The translations under genes and the position numbers were made by a program. From assembly GCA_963734545.1 (NCBI GenBank), contig CAVTHO010000010.1, positions 128,001-192,000 of the forward strand: a DNA stretch of 64,000 bases, given 5' to 3'. This DNA comes from an uncultured Spirochaetota bacterium. GTDB taxonomy: Bacteria; Spirochaetota; Spirochaetia; SZUA-6; Fen-1364. This document shows, one piece after another, positions 28,482 through 38,712 of this stretch (position 1 is its first letter; each line of letters opens with the position of its first letter). Below the pieces are notes generated by a model, which was given only the letters and a program-made list of their open reading frames with translations, searched no databases and was not told the DNA's origin.

Positions 28482-30011
28482 ATGGCAGGTGAGATGCAGC
28501 CCCTCTGGGAGCTGGAGTCGATCCACAAGTACTTCCCCGGCGTGAAGGCGCTTGACGGCGTCGATATCAGGATATTTCCCGGGGAGGTGCACGGTCTGCT
28601 CGGGGAGAACGGCAGCGGCAAATCGACTCTCGTGAAGTGCCTCTCCGGCGTGCACCAGCCCACCGCGGGACGCATCCTTCTGAGGGGCGCACCCACCGTC
28701 ATCCACGACCCGTTCGTCGCCCGGTCCCTCGGAATCGCCACGATCTACCAGGAACTCTCGCTCGTTCCCAACCTCACGGTCGCCGAGAACATCTTTCTCG
28801 GACGGCTGCCTCGGCGGCGCGGCTTCGCCGTCGTCGTGGACTGGCCCCGTGTGTGGGACCGCAGCGCAGCCCTGCTCGAACGCCTGGGGATACGGCTCGA
28901 CCCCGGAGCCGTGGTCTCCGAGCTGTCCGTCTCGGAACAGCAGACCGTGGAGATCGCGAAGGCGCTGTCCCAGGACGCGAGCCTGCTCATCATGGACGAG
29001 CCGACAGCCTCCCTGGGAATGGACGAGGTGGCGCGCCTGCACGAAATCGTCCGCAACCTCGCGCGGCAGGGCTGCGCCGTGATCTACATTTCCCACCGGC
29101 TGGACGAGGTGACCGGGCTCGTGGACTCGGTCACCGTCATGAAGGACGGCAAGGTCGTTGCCGGCGAGCGCATCGGGAACATCGACATGACCCGGATCGT
29201 CAGCCTCATGATCGGCGGAGACTTCCGCTCGCACTACCCGAAGGAGCGAAACCAGACCGACCAGGCGCTCCTGGAGGTGGAGGACATCCGCACGGCGCAC
29301 GGCGTGCGCGGAGCGAGCTTCACTGTCCACCGCGGCGAGGTTGTCGGGCTCGCCGGGCTCATCGGGACGGGACGGACGTCCATCGCCCACGCGCTGTTCG
29401 GCATCGAGCGCCTCACCGGCGGGCGTGTCACGCACTACGGCGGGGCCGGCGCGGGGCGCGACTCCCGCTTCCCGTCCCCCGGCCGCGCAATCGCGGACGG
29501 CGTGGCGCTTCTCACCGAGGACCGCAAGTCGACGGGCCTGTTCATGAACTTCACCGGCGTGCACAACATCTCCATTGCGCGGCTCTCGCAGATCTCCCGG
29601 CGCGGCATCCTGGACCTCGGCAGGGAGCAGAGCCTCGTGCAGGGACACTTCGAGAAGCTGCGCATCAGCCCCTCGGCGCGCGACCGCTCGGTCCAGTATC
29701 TCTCCGGCGGCAACCAGCAGAAGGTCATCATCGCCCGATGGATCTTCTCGGAAGCGGACGTGTTCATCCTGGACGAGCCCACGCAGGGGATCGACGTCGG
29801 GGCCAAGGTGGAGGTCTACAACCTCGTCAACCGCCTCACGCGGGAGGGCAAGGGCGTCATTCTCATCAGCTCGGACCTGGAGGAGCTTCTCGCCATCAGC
29901 GACACGATCTGCGTCGTGGCCGACGGCCGCATCGTGGAATCGCGCCGGGCGGAGGAGATAGACCGGAAGTACCTGATGGAGAAAGTGTTCACGCGCCAAA
30001 AAGACAGTTAG
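28482..30011 (+). CDS. Sugar ABC transporter ATP-binding protein (RbsA-like, tandem NBD)
   Basis: GENGSGKST, IMDEPTA, LSGGNQQK, DEPTQGIDVG. Confidence 0.95.
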   Translation: MAGEMQPLWELESIHKYFPGVKALDGVDIRIFPGEVHGLLGENGSGKSTLVKCLSGVHQPTAGRILLRGAPTVIHDPFVARSLGIATIYQELSLVPNLTVAENIFLGRLPRRRGFAVVVDWPRVWDRSAALLERLGIRLDPGAVVSELSVSEQQTVEIAKALSQDASLLIMDEPTASLGMDEVARLHEIVRNLARQGCAVIYISHRLDEVTGLVDSVTVMKDGKVVAGERIGNIDMTRIVSLMIGGDFRSHYPKERNQTDQALLEVEDIRTAHGVRGASFTVHRGEVVGLAGLIGTGRTSIAHALFGIERLTGGRVTHYGGAGAGRDSRFPSPGRAIADGVALLTEDRKSTGLFMNFTGVHNISIARLSQISRRGILDLGREQSLVQGHFEKLRISPSARDRSVQYLSGGNQQKVIIARWIFSEADVFILDEPTQGIDVGAKVEVYNLVNRLTREGKGVILISSDLEELLAISDTICVVADGRIVESRRAEEIDRKYLMEKVFTRQKDS

Positions 30012-30040
30012 GCCGGGCAGGCAGGAGAGAAAGGAATTCC

Positions 30041-31051
30041 ATGGCAAGAAGGGTGACCAGTTCGTCGATCGTCGGCCCCGTCATCGCGACGGCGGTCGTC
30101 ACGCTGTTCGTGGGCCTGACGACCGACCGGTTCTTCATGGTGGAGAACCTGCGCAATCTCGCGCTCCAGGTGAGCATCGTGTCCCTCCTGGGGATCGGCT
30201 CGACGCTCGTGATCATCACCGGAGGCATCGATCTGTCTCCCGGGTCCTCGGTCGCCCTGCTGACGATGATGCTGGCGTCCATGCTCAAGTTCATGGGCGC
30301 GCCTCTCGTCGTCGCCATGGGCATGACGGTGGTGATCGGCGCCGGCCTCGGGCTCTGGAATGGCGTTCTCACCGCGTACCTGCGGATCCCGGCGTTCATC
30401 ACGACGTTGGCCTCCCTGAGCATCTTCCGGGGCTTCGCTTTCATGTTCAACATGGGATCGCCGATCTTCTCGATCTCCAACTCCCTCACGAAGGTCTTCT
30501 ACAACACGATCCTGGGAATCCCGTACGTGTTCATCTACGTGGTCATCTTCTTCGCGCTCGCCGCGTTTGTCATGAGCTACACGGAGATGGGCCGCCGCAT
30601 GTACGCCGTGGGCGGCAACGCCAACGCCGCCCGGTTTTCCGGCCTGAACACGAAGGGCGTCGTGATGCTGAGCTTCGTCGTGGCCGGCGTCATGGCCGGA
30701 TTCGGCTCGATCCTCATGGCAGGGCGCCTCAACTCCGGGTCGCCGAACTACGGGGTGGGCATGGAGCTGTCCGCGATCGCCGCCGCGGTCATTGGCGGGG
30801 CGAGCCTGCAGGGGGGCAAGGGCAACGTCATCTCGACGCTTTTCGGCGCGCTCACGATCGTCATCGTTCAGAACGGCCTCAACCTGCACGCCGTGGAAAC
30901 ATCCGTGCAGGGGGTCGTCATCGGTCTCATCATCATGCTGGCGGTTTTCATCGACATGTGGCGCGTGGAGATGTGGTCCGCCCTCTCGCGCCTGGCGCGC
31001 CTCGTGGTGAGGCGGGGGGCCGCGGAGGAAGACCACCGGAGGGGCGCGTGA
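30041..31051 (+). CDS. Sugar ABC transporter permease (RbsC-like)
   Basis: GGIDLS, IPAFITTL, GR.MYAVGGN, ELSAIAAAVIGG. Confidence 0.93.
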   Translation: MARRVTSSSIVGPVIATAVVTLFVGLTTDRFFMVENLRNLALQVSIVSLLGIGSTLVIITGGIDLSPGSSVALLTMMLASMLKFMGAPLVVAMGMTVVIGAGLGLWNGVLTAYLRIPAFITTLASLSIFRGFAFMFNMGSPIFSISNSLTKVFYNTILGIPYVFIYVVIFFALAAFVMSYTEMGRRMYAVGGNANAARFSGLNTKGVVMLSFVVAGVMAGFGSILMAGRLNSGSPNYGVGMELSAIAAAVIGGASLQGGKGNVISTLFGALTIVIVQNGLNLHAVETSVQGVVIGLIIMLAVFIDMWRVEMWSALSRLARLVVRRGAAEEDHRRGA

Positions 31052-32040
31052 CGAAAGCGAAGTTCAAGGTCTACATCAGTGACTACGACTACCCGGACAA
31101 CGAGATCGAGAAGTCGATCCTCGAGCCCATCGGAGCCGAGGTGATCGGGCTGCAGTGCAGGACGGGTGAAGGGCTTGCCGATCTGGCGGCCGACGCGAAC
31201 GCCATCCTCCAGCAGTACGCCAGGATCCCGCGCTCCACCATCGAGAAGCTGAAAGTCTGCAAGGCCATCTGCCGCTATGGAACGGGAGTGGACATCGTCG
31301 ACGTGGAGGCGGCCTACGAGCACGGCATGGTCGTGACCAACGTGCCGGATTACGCCATCGACGAGGTTGCCGACCACTCGATCACCCTCGCTCTGATGCT
31401 GATCCGCCGGATCCCCTGGTATGCGGAGGCCACGCGCGCCGGCCGCTGGCACTGGAGCGAGTCGCGGGGGCCGATCCAGAGGCTGCGTGACTCCACCTGG
31501 GGCCTCATCGGGTTCGGCCGCATCGCGCAGAACATCGCCCGCAAGGTGCGGGCGTTCAACTTCTCCCTCATCGCCTCTGATCCCTACGTGTCGGCAGGAT
31601 TCATGGCCACATACGGCGTGGAGAAGGTGGACTTCGAGACCCTCCTCGCCCGTTCCGAGGTCGTGGACGTCATGTGCCCGTACACCCCGGAAACGGAGCA
31701 CCTGATCAACGAGCAGGCCCTGAGGAAGATGAAGAAATCAGCAGTCCTGATCGACTGCTCCCGGGGGAAGATCGTGGACGATCGGGCGCTGTATCGCGCC
31801 CTGTCGGAGGGGTGGATCGCGTCAGCGGGCCTGGACGATACCGAAGAGGAGCCCGCGAAGCTGGATCATTGGGACCCGGCGGACAATCCCCTGTTTTCCC
31901 TGCAGAACTGCATCATCACTCCGCATGTCGCCTACGTGTCGGAGGGATCGCTCCACGAATGCCGTCACGTCGCGGCGGAGAACGCGAAAGCTGTGCTGCT
32001 GGGAAAGACGCCGCCGGACCTTGTGCGGCCCCGGCGATAG
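31048..32040 (+). CDS. D-isomer-specific 2-hydroxyacid dehydrogenase (CtBP-like)
   Basis: RYGTGVD, NVPDY..EVADH, GLIGFGRI, SRG, EEP, TPHVA; GTGA overlap with the upstream stop. Confidence 0.9.
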   Translation: MTKAKFKVYISDYDYPDNEIEKSILEPIGAEVIGLQCRTGEGLADLAADANAILQQYARIPRSTIEKLKVCKAICRYGTGVDIVDVEAAYEHGMVVTNVPDYAIDEVADHSITLALMLIRRIPWYAEATRAGRWHWSESRGPIQRLRDSTWGLIGFGRIAQNIARKVRAFNFSLIASDPYVSAGFMATYGVEKVDFETLLARSEVVDVMCPYTPETEHLINEQALRKMKKSAVLIDCSRGKIVDDRALYRALSEGWIASAGLDDTEEEPAKLDHWDPADNPLFSLQNCIITPHVAYVSEGSLHECRHVAAENAKAVLLGKTPPDLVRPRR

Positions 32041-32107
32041 ATCCGAAGCCCCGGCACGGGACTCCGTGCGAGGGCGAGCAGCAGCAACAAAAAAGGAGAA
32101 GCGGGAC

Positions 32108-32785
32108 ATGCGGAAGATCATCGGCGAGCACGCGGTCGTGGATGCCCAGATGCTGAAGAAGTACGCGGCGCTCAAGGACGTCATGAGCGTCTCCTGCGTC
32201 GTGAGCGACGCCCAGGAGCGGGCCAACGTGATGAGAAGCTCCATGAAGATGCGCAGCATCGCGCAGACATTCATCGGGCCGGCACTCACGGTCAAGCTCA
32301 CCGCGGGGGATATCGTGGACTGCCTCCCAATCTTCGACGTCGCGAGGCCCGGTGACGTGGTCGTCATCGACGCGTTCGGGGAAAGTGAAACCTCGATCTG
32401 GGGCGGCCTCATGTCCGGCCTTGCGCGGGCCGCCGGTCTCGTCGGCGTGGTCATCGATGGCTCCGCCCGGGACACGGATGAAGCGCGCATGCTCGGGTTT
32501 CCCATCGTTTCGGCGTCCGTATCGCCGCGGGCATCCCACAGCGCCTATTCGGGACGTTTCGAGCCCATCGAGATCAACACGCCGGTGGTCTGTGGAGGCG
32601 TGCGCGTGAACCCCGGCGACATGATCGTGGCGGACGAGATCGGCGTGACCGTTGTGCCCTCCGCGGATCTCGCTGACGTCTACGAGAAGGCTGTTGCCCA
32701 GGCGGAGAAGGAGGCCAAGACGCGAGCGGACATCCTGAAGGGACTCAGCGTGAAGGAGCTCCTGGCGAAGTACGGGCGGCTCTGA
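32108..32785 (+). CDS. RraA family / HMG-CHA aldolase-like protein
   Basis: VSDA, GPALTV, PGDVVVID, WGGLM, DGSARD, V.PGD.IVADEIGV. Confidence 0.88.
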   Translation: MRKIIGEHAVVDAQMLKKYAALKDVMSVSCVVSDAQERANVMRSSMKMRSIAQTFIGPALTVKLTAGDIVDCLPIFDVARPGDVVVIDAFGESETSIWGGLMSGLARAAGLVGVVIDGSARDTDEARMLGFPIVSASVSPRASHSAYSGRFEPIEINTPVVCGGVRVNPGDMIVADEIGVTVVPSADLADVYEKAVAQAEKEAKTRADILKGLSVKELLAKYGRL

Positions 32786-32829
32786 GGGACCGGGGGCGGC
32801 CGGTGTGCACGCGAGAGGAGCGTTTTTGG

Positions 32830-32880
32830 TTGACGGGGCGGGCCGGTCGTGGTATAACGTTTTTGGAACAGTGTTCTAAT
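32830..32880 (+). promoter_or_regulatory. Sigma70 promoter with KdgR-type operator 4 over the start site
   Basis: TTGACG(32830)-17-TATAAC(32853); TTGGAAC-AGT-GTTCTAA (32863-32879). Confidence 0.75.
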
Positions 32881-32906
32881 TACAGAGGATCGGGAGCAAG
32901 GAGGGT

Positions 32907-33920
32907 ATGACCATGAAGCGTTTTCTTGTCCTGTGTTTCGCCGTTGCCGCGATGCTGGGGTTCCTTCTCGCGTTCGGCGGGGTGGAAAAGGCGTACGCCC
33001 AGGGCCTGAAAGGGTCGGCGAACGAGGAGTACATCGCCGTCGCGTGCATGGGCAATCTGGAGTACTTCAGCGCGCACAAGTACGCCTGGAAGTGGATGGG
33101 GGACAAGCTTGGCGTGAAGACGAGCTACATCGGGCCCGCGGAATACGACGTGCCGGGCCAGATCGCGGCCTTCGACCAGGCTATCGCGCGCAAACCCGCC
33201 GGCATCATCACCTTCGGCGTCGAGGCCAGCCTCAAGCCGTCCATCGACAAGGCGGTGGCAGCGGGCATTCCCGGTGGTCACGTTCAGCGGGGACGTCCCG
33301 GATTCCAAGCGCCTGACGTTTGTAGGGACCAACCAGCACGACCTGGGGTACTTCGGCGGGATCAGGCTGGGTGAGATGCTGGGCGGCAAGGGGGATGTGG
33401 CCATCCTCAGCATCCCGGGCGTCAGCATGTTCGACGTCCGCGAGCAGGGATTCAAGGACGCGTTTGCCAAGTACCCCGGGCATCAGGGTGGTGCAGACCG
33501 GCGACACCAAGGCGGACACTGTCACGGCCATCAACGCCGCCAAGGCCATCATGCAGCGGTTCCCCAATCTCACCGCGTTCGCCTGCACGGACTCGACGGG
33601 CGGCATCGCTGCGGCCACGGCGGTGAGGGAGGCCGGGAAGTCCGGCAAGATCAAGGTCGTCTCGATGGACCGCAACTCGGACGTCCTGCAGAAGATAGTT
33701 TCGGGTGTCGTGACGGCCACCGTGGCGCAGGACGACGTGCGGGGAGATGGTCTGGGGCCTCCTGGTCCTGTTCAGCAGGCACCACTTCGATGCGGCGCTC
33801 TCCTCGGACAACCGCAAGGCCAACGTCCAGGCGGAGCCGTTCAACATCTACACCTCGGTGAGCTGGATCGACAAGTCCAACGTCCAGTACTTCCTGGAAG
33901 CGAACAAGCTGTACAAGTAG
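32907..33920 (+). CDS. Sugar ABC substrate-binding protein, about three frameshifts (near 33270, 33478, 33745)
   Basis: Consecutive pieces in ORFs 32907, 33274 and 33371, then the last frame ending ...EANKLYK-TAG. Confidence 0.8.
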
Positions 33921-33931
33921 GCCGAGGCCGC

Positions 33932-33961
33932 GCAGGGGAGGGCTTCCCAGCCCTCCCCTGC
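33932..33961 (+). other. Intercistronic stem-loop after the binding-protein gene
   Basis: GCAGGGGAGGGCT-TCCC-AGCCCTCCCCTGC perfect 13-bp stem. Confidence 0.7.
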
Positions 33962-34003
33962 CGTCATAGAATCTCATGACAAAGAGATCTCAAGGAGAGG
34001 CTC

Positions 34004-35534
34004 ATGGAAGAGCTTTTGATCGTCGAAAAACTGCGAAAGAGCTTTCCCGGAGTCCTCGCCGTTGCAGACGTGAGCTTCTCTCTGGGCCGTGGGGAGATCC
34101 TGGCCCTGATCGGGGAGAACGGGGCGGGCAAGAGCACGCTGAGCCAGATCCTCGGCGGCGCGCTCCGTCCCGACAGCGGCAGAATCATCCTCGAAGGGAA
34201 GGAGGTCTTCTTCGCGTCGCCCCTGGAGGCCATCCACGGCGGGATCAGGATGATGTTCCAGGAGCTTTCCCTGGTGGGAAGCCTCTCCATCGCGGAGAAC
34301 ATCTTCGCCAACCGGCAGCCCGTCGGCGCCCTGGACGGCATCCGCTGGAAGCAGCTTTACCGTGAGACCGCGGAGTTCCTCGAGCGTTTCCACGTTTCCC
34401 TTGACCCGCGCTCGCTCGTCAAGACGGCTGGTCAAGGGCGAGCAGCAGATCCTGGAGTTTCTCAAGGCCATTTCCACGTCGCCCGAAGGTCCTGATTCTC
34501 GACGAGCCGACCTCGTCCCTCACCGAGACGGAGTCCGCCTACCTGATGGACAACATCCGGACGCTGCGCGCGGAAGGAATGTCGTTCATCTACATCACCC
34601 ACAAGCTTTCCGAGGTGTTTCAAGATCAGCGACCGCGTCATCGTGATGCGGGACGGCAGGCTATGTCGGCTCGCGGGAAACGTCCCAGTGCACGGAGCGG
34701 GACCTCGTCGCCATGATGGTGGGCCGCGACATCGCGGACAACTCCACGCGCCGCGCGCTCCCAGCGAACGGCGAGTGTCTCAGGATCGAGGACTTCTCGC
34801 GCCGAGGAGCATTCTCCGGAATCAATTTCAAGGTTGCCAAGGGGGAGATCCTCGGGCTTTCCGGGCTCGTGGGCTCGGGGCGGACGGAGCTGGCCCGCGC
34901 TGTATTCGGCAGTGGACCCCCGTGACAGCGGAAAGGTGTTCCTGGAGGGCAGGCAGATGCATGTGCGCAATCCCCACTGAGGCCATCCGGGCCGGCATCG
35001 CTTACCTCACCGAGGACCGCAAGGAGCTCGGACTCTACCTGAACATGCCCATCCGCGACAACCTGATAGCGCCTACGCTCCGCCGTTTCACCGGCGCGCT
35101 TCGGCTTCATGCAGAACAAGCCGATCAACGCATTCGCCGCCGCGGAAGATCCGCGACTTCTCCATCGTGGCCCCGTCCGCGTTCAAGAAAGTCGGGAAGC
35201 TGTCCGGCGGAAACCAGCAGAAGTGCCTCGTGGCCACGTGGGTGGGGACGGAGCCCAAGGCCATCTTCCTGGACGAGCCGACCCGGGGCGTGGATGTCGC
35301 TGCCCGCGCGGACATCTACGCCAAGATCGAGGAGCTGGCCGGCGGAGGAATCGGCGTCGTTCTGATCTCCTCCGATCTGCCGGAGCTGATCGGGCTGTGC
35401 GACCGGATCCTGGTCATGCACCACGGAAGGATGGTCGGGGAGGTCGCGAGCGCAGGATTTCTCGGAGGAGCTGATTCTGTCGTATGCCACCGGACTGCAG
35501 TCGGGCCGATCGGGAGGAACGCGGAGCACCATGA
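34004..35534 (+). CDS. Sugar ABC ATP-binding protein (RbsA-like), multiply frameshifted
   Basis: GENGAGKST, GLVGSGRTE, LTEDRK, LSGGNQQK, DEPTRGVDV are spread over successive frames; 3' end approximate. Confidence 0.8.
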
Positions 35535-36525
35535 GCAACACTCAGGACATCCGGACCGCATCTCCTGCGCGGGCGCATCGGTGCCATTTTCGCGTTCCGC
35601 GAAACCATCCTCATTCTCGTGCTCGTGGTCGGCGGCATCGTCATGACGGCCGCGTCTCCCGTTTTCCTCTCCTGGGCGAATCTCGAGGCCATCCTCCTCG
35701 GGCTCTCGGTGGAGGGCACCATCGCCGTCGGCATGGTCATCCTTCTGGTCTCGGGCGGCCTGGATCTCTCCGTCGGCTCCACCCTCGCCTTCACGGGCGT
35801 GGTCTGCGGCCTGGCGCTGGCCGCCGGCGCCCCGTCGGTCCTCGCCATCGCGCTGTCCCTCGTGGCGGCCTTGGCGGTGGGCCTGGTGAACGGTCTTCTC
35901 ATCGCCAAGCTGAAGATGAATCCTTTCATCATCACGCTGGGCATGATGATCACGATCCGCGGCCTGCTCCTGGTGATTGCCGGGGGACGGGCCGTGCTGA
36001 ATCTTCCCGCCGTCCTTCACGGTCATCGGCCAGGGCAGGCTCGCTGGGCATCCAGTATCCCGATCATCGTCGTCGTGGTCGCTTGCCGTCATCGGCGATC
36101 TCCTTCTCAGGAACACGCGCTTTTTCCGGCAGAACTACTACGTCGGGGGGAAGGAGCAGGCGGCCCGGCTCTCGGGGATCAAGGTGGACTTCATCAAGAT
36201 CTTCAACTACTGCCTGATCGCCGTCATTTCGGGAGTTGCGGGCCTCATGATCACGGCGCGGTTCGGTTCCGCGTCCGTCACGGTCGGCTCGGGCATCGAG
36301 CTGCGGGTGATCACCGCGGCGATCATCGGCGGCGCGAGCCTCAACGGCGGGGAGGGCTCCGTGCTCGGGGCGCTGCTGGGCGCGTTCTTCATGGCGATGC
36401 TTGCCAACGCCCTCAATCTCCTGGGGGTCGATGTCTACTGGCAGAACCTCGTGACCGGCGTGATGCTGATCCTTGCCGTCGTATTCGACATGATCAACGA
36501 ATCCCGCAAGGAGCACCGGACCTAG
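35531..36525 (+). CDS. Sugar ABC permease (RbsC-like), multiply frameshifted
   Basis: GGLDLSVGS, NPFIITLG (ORF 35619) and ELRVITAAIIGGASL (ORF 36184). Confidence 0.8.
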
Positions 36526-36538
36526 GTGCGGGTCGGAG

Positions 36539-37529
36539 TCAGTTCACCGGCTCCCAGGTCCCCGACTTCTCCGACCTGAAAAGGGCGTCCAGCGCCTTCT
36601 GATTGCTCACCGTGTCCTCGGGAGGCTGCGGGACCGGGCCGCCGCGCGCGCACCGCGCGGGAGAAGGCGTCGAAGACTTCCGCGAACTGGTCCACGGGGG
36701 GAACGACGATGGTCCTGGTTCCCTGCCAGGTCGTCAGCGTCATCTCCACGGGTGCATCAGGATACGCGTTGAAGGGAACGTGGATGGTGAGATGTCCCCC
36801 GGAGCCGACCACGTCCACCTGCTGCCATGCCTGGGTCTGCGTGCCGACAGTGAACACGGAGCGCGCTTTTCCGAAATCCAGCACCCCCGTGGTGAGGGTG
36901 TCCGTTTTCAGGGACGGGTCCCGGTACAGGAGGCCCATCACGCGCGTCGGCTCGCTCCCGACCATGAAGCGCGCGGTGGAGACGGCGTACGAGCCGACGT
37001 CCCGCAGTCCTCCCCCGCCGATCTCCAGGATGTTCCTGACGTTCGAGGGGTCGGGGAACATGTAGGAGAAAAAGCTGTGCACAGCGTGAATCTCACCCAG
37101 CTCCCCTCCGCGCACGAGCTCGGCAGCCCTGATCCACTGCGGGTGAAACCGGTACATCAGGGATTCCATGACCAGGACTCCCTTTCGCTTCGCGTGGTCA
37201 AACGCGTCCTGCCCCTCGGCGGCATTCATGGCAAACGGCTTTTCGCAGAGCACATGCTTGCCCGCGTCCGCCGCTTTTTTCACCCATTCGGCGTGGAGGT
37301 GGTTGGGCAGGGGAATGTAGACCGCCTCCACCTCTTTGTCCGCGAGGAGCTCCGCGTATGAACCGCAGGCTCGCGGGATGCCGAGCTTCGCCGCCGCCGC
37401 CCGCGCCTTGTCGATGCTTCGTGAGGCGATGGCCTGCACGACATTCATCGAGGATTTCCTCACGCTCCAGTTGATCTTGCCCGCGAAATGGCTGGAGACT
37501 CCCAGGACCCCCCATACAACCGGCTTCAT
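36539..37529 (-). CDS. Gfo/Idh/MocA family oxidoreductase (frameshift near the C-terminus, ~36645)
   Basis: EAVYIPLPNHLH, GKHVLCEKP, MYRFHPQ, GGGGLRDVGSY; the C-terminus ...ALDALFRSEKSG lies in another frame. Confidence 0.88.
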
Positions 37530-38602
37530 CTGCTTCCTTCCTCCCTGCTGATTCGCGCCGAGACAAGAACCTTGATCCGCGGCTCGCTCCGCACCCGCAC
37601 GTACTCGAACGCCTCCACGACGTCGTCGAATGAAAAGATCTTCGATATGAGGGGCCGGACGCGCACGGCCCCCGACGCCATGAGACGCAGCGCCGCGGGA
37701 AAAGCGTTGGGGCTTGCCAGCGAGCCGACCATGACGATGTCCCGCGTGACCAGGTAGTCGATGTCCGCCGCGACGGCCGGCGAGCCGGTAATGCTCAGGA
37801 CATTGATGCGGCCCCCGGGAGCCGTGAGGTGAATTGCCTCGTTGAGAGCCGCGGGGTTCCCGCTGCACTCGGACACCACTTCCGGGGAACCTTCCAGCAC
37901 CCGGGACACCTCCCGCGCGACGTCTGCGGCGGACGAGTCCACGAGTGGAATGCCAAGCTCCTCTGCCGTCCCCGCGTGCTCGGCGCTCGGGGCGATGAGG
38001 GCCACTCGGGAGGCGCCCATGCACCGGCAGATCTGCGCCGTGAGAAAACCGATCACCCCGTCCCCGAACACGGCGGCGCGGTCCCCCGGCCTCACGCCGG
38101 TCCGCCGCAGGGCGTTCAGGCATGTCGCCGCCGGCTCCGCCAGGGCGGCTTCCTCGAGGGAGAGGCCCGGTGGAACCGGGTACGTGTGCCGCGCCCGGGT
38201 GCGCACGTACTCCGCGAAAGCGCCGTTCTCGCCGATCACCCCGAGCTCGGTGCGCTGCCTGCACAGATGGTAGTCACCGCGGAGGCAGCTCGTGCATTGC
38301 CCGCAGCCGAGGCTGATATCGCCCACCACGCGGTCTCCCGGCTTCAGGCCGCCGGCCTCCGAACCTGTCGTCTCCACGGTGCCCGACCATTCGTGTCCCG
38401 GGGTGAGGGGAAGCGTCGTCAGCCCCTGGCGGATGTACGGCATGCGGCCGTCGTACAGCTCGATATCGGTTGCGCAGATGCCCACCGCCGCGACGCGCAC
38501 GAGCACCTGGTCAGGGGCCAGCGCGGGGACGGGGATCCGTTCGACGCGCATGTCCAGGGGTCCGTGGATGCGCAGCGATTTCATGAGAGCCGGCGTCGTC
38601 AT
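37526..38602 (-). CDS. Zn-dependent alcohol/sugar dehydrogenase (MDR, threonine/sorbitol dehydrogenase-like)
   Basis: GICATD, GHE, CGQCTSC...C, GAFAEY, EP, GDGVIG. Confidence 0.9.
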   Translation of the reverse strand: MTTPALMKSLRIHGPLDMRVERIPVPALAPDQVLVRVAAVGICATDIELYDGRMPYIRQGLTTLPLTPGHEWSGTVETTGSEAGGLKPGDRVVGDISLGCGQCTSCLRGDYHLCRQRTELGVIGENGAFAEYVRTRARHTYPVPPGLSLEEAALAEPAATCLNALRRTGVRPGDRAAVFGDGVIGFLTAQICRCMGASRVALIAPSAEHAGTAEELGIPLVDSSAADVAREVSRVLEGSPEVVSECSGNPAALNEAIHLTAPGGRINVLSITGSPAVAADIDYLVTRDIVMVGSLASPNAFPAALRLMASGAVRVRPLISKIFSFDDVVEAFEYVRVRSEPRIKVLVSARISREEGSR

Positions 38603-38611
38603 GGGGCTCCC

Positions 38612-38661
38612 ATAGTACCGCATGAGCCGGGCGCTGTCCAGAACATGAAACTATGTTTTAA
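38612..38661 (-). promoter_or_regulatory. Promoter with KdgR-type operator 5
   Basis: TGGACA(38640)-17-TACTAT(38617) on the - strand; ATGAAAC-TAT-GTTTTAA at 38645-38661. Confidence 0.7.
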
Positions 38662-38712
38662 AAACAGAGATGACAACTGATCGGGAGGCGGTGCCGGAGC
38701 CCCTTGGCGCGG

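Noticed and set aside
28637-30040. Long N-terminal extension of the permease (804-aa ORF); same issue for the 580-aa ORF 36522..38264
   Set aside because: Off-frame overlap with the upstream genes; better starts exist at 30041 (RBS) and 37529 (ATGA overlap)
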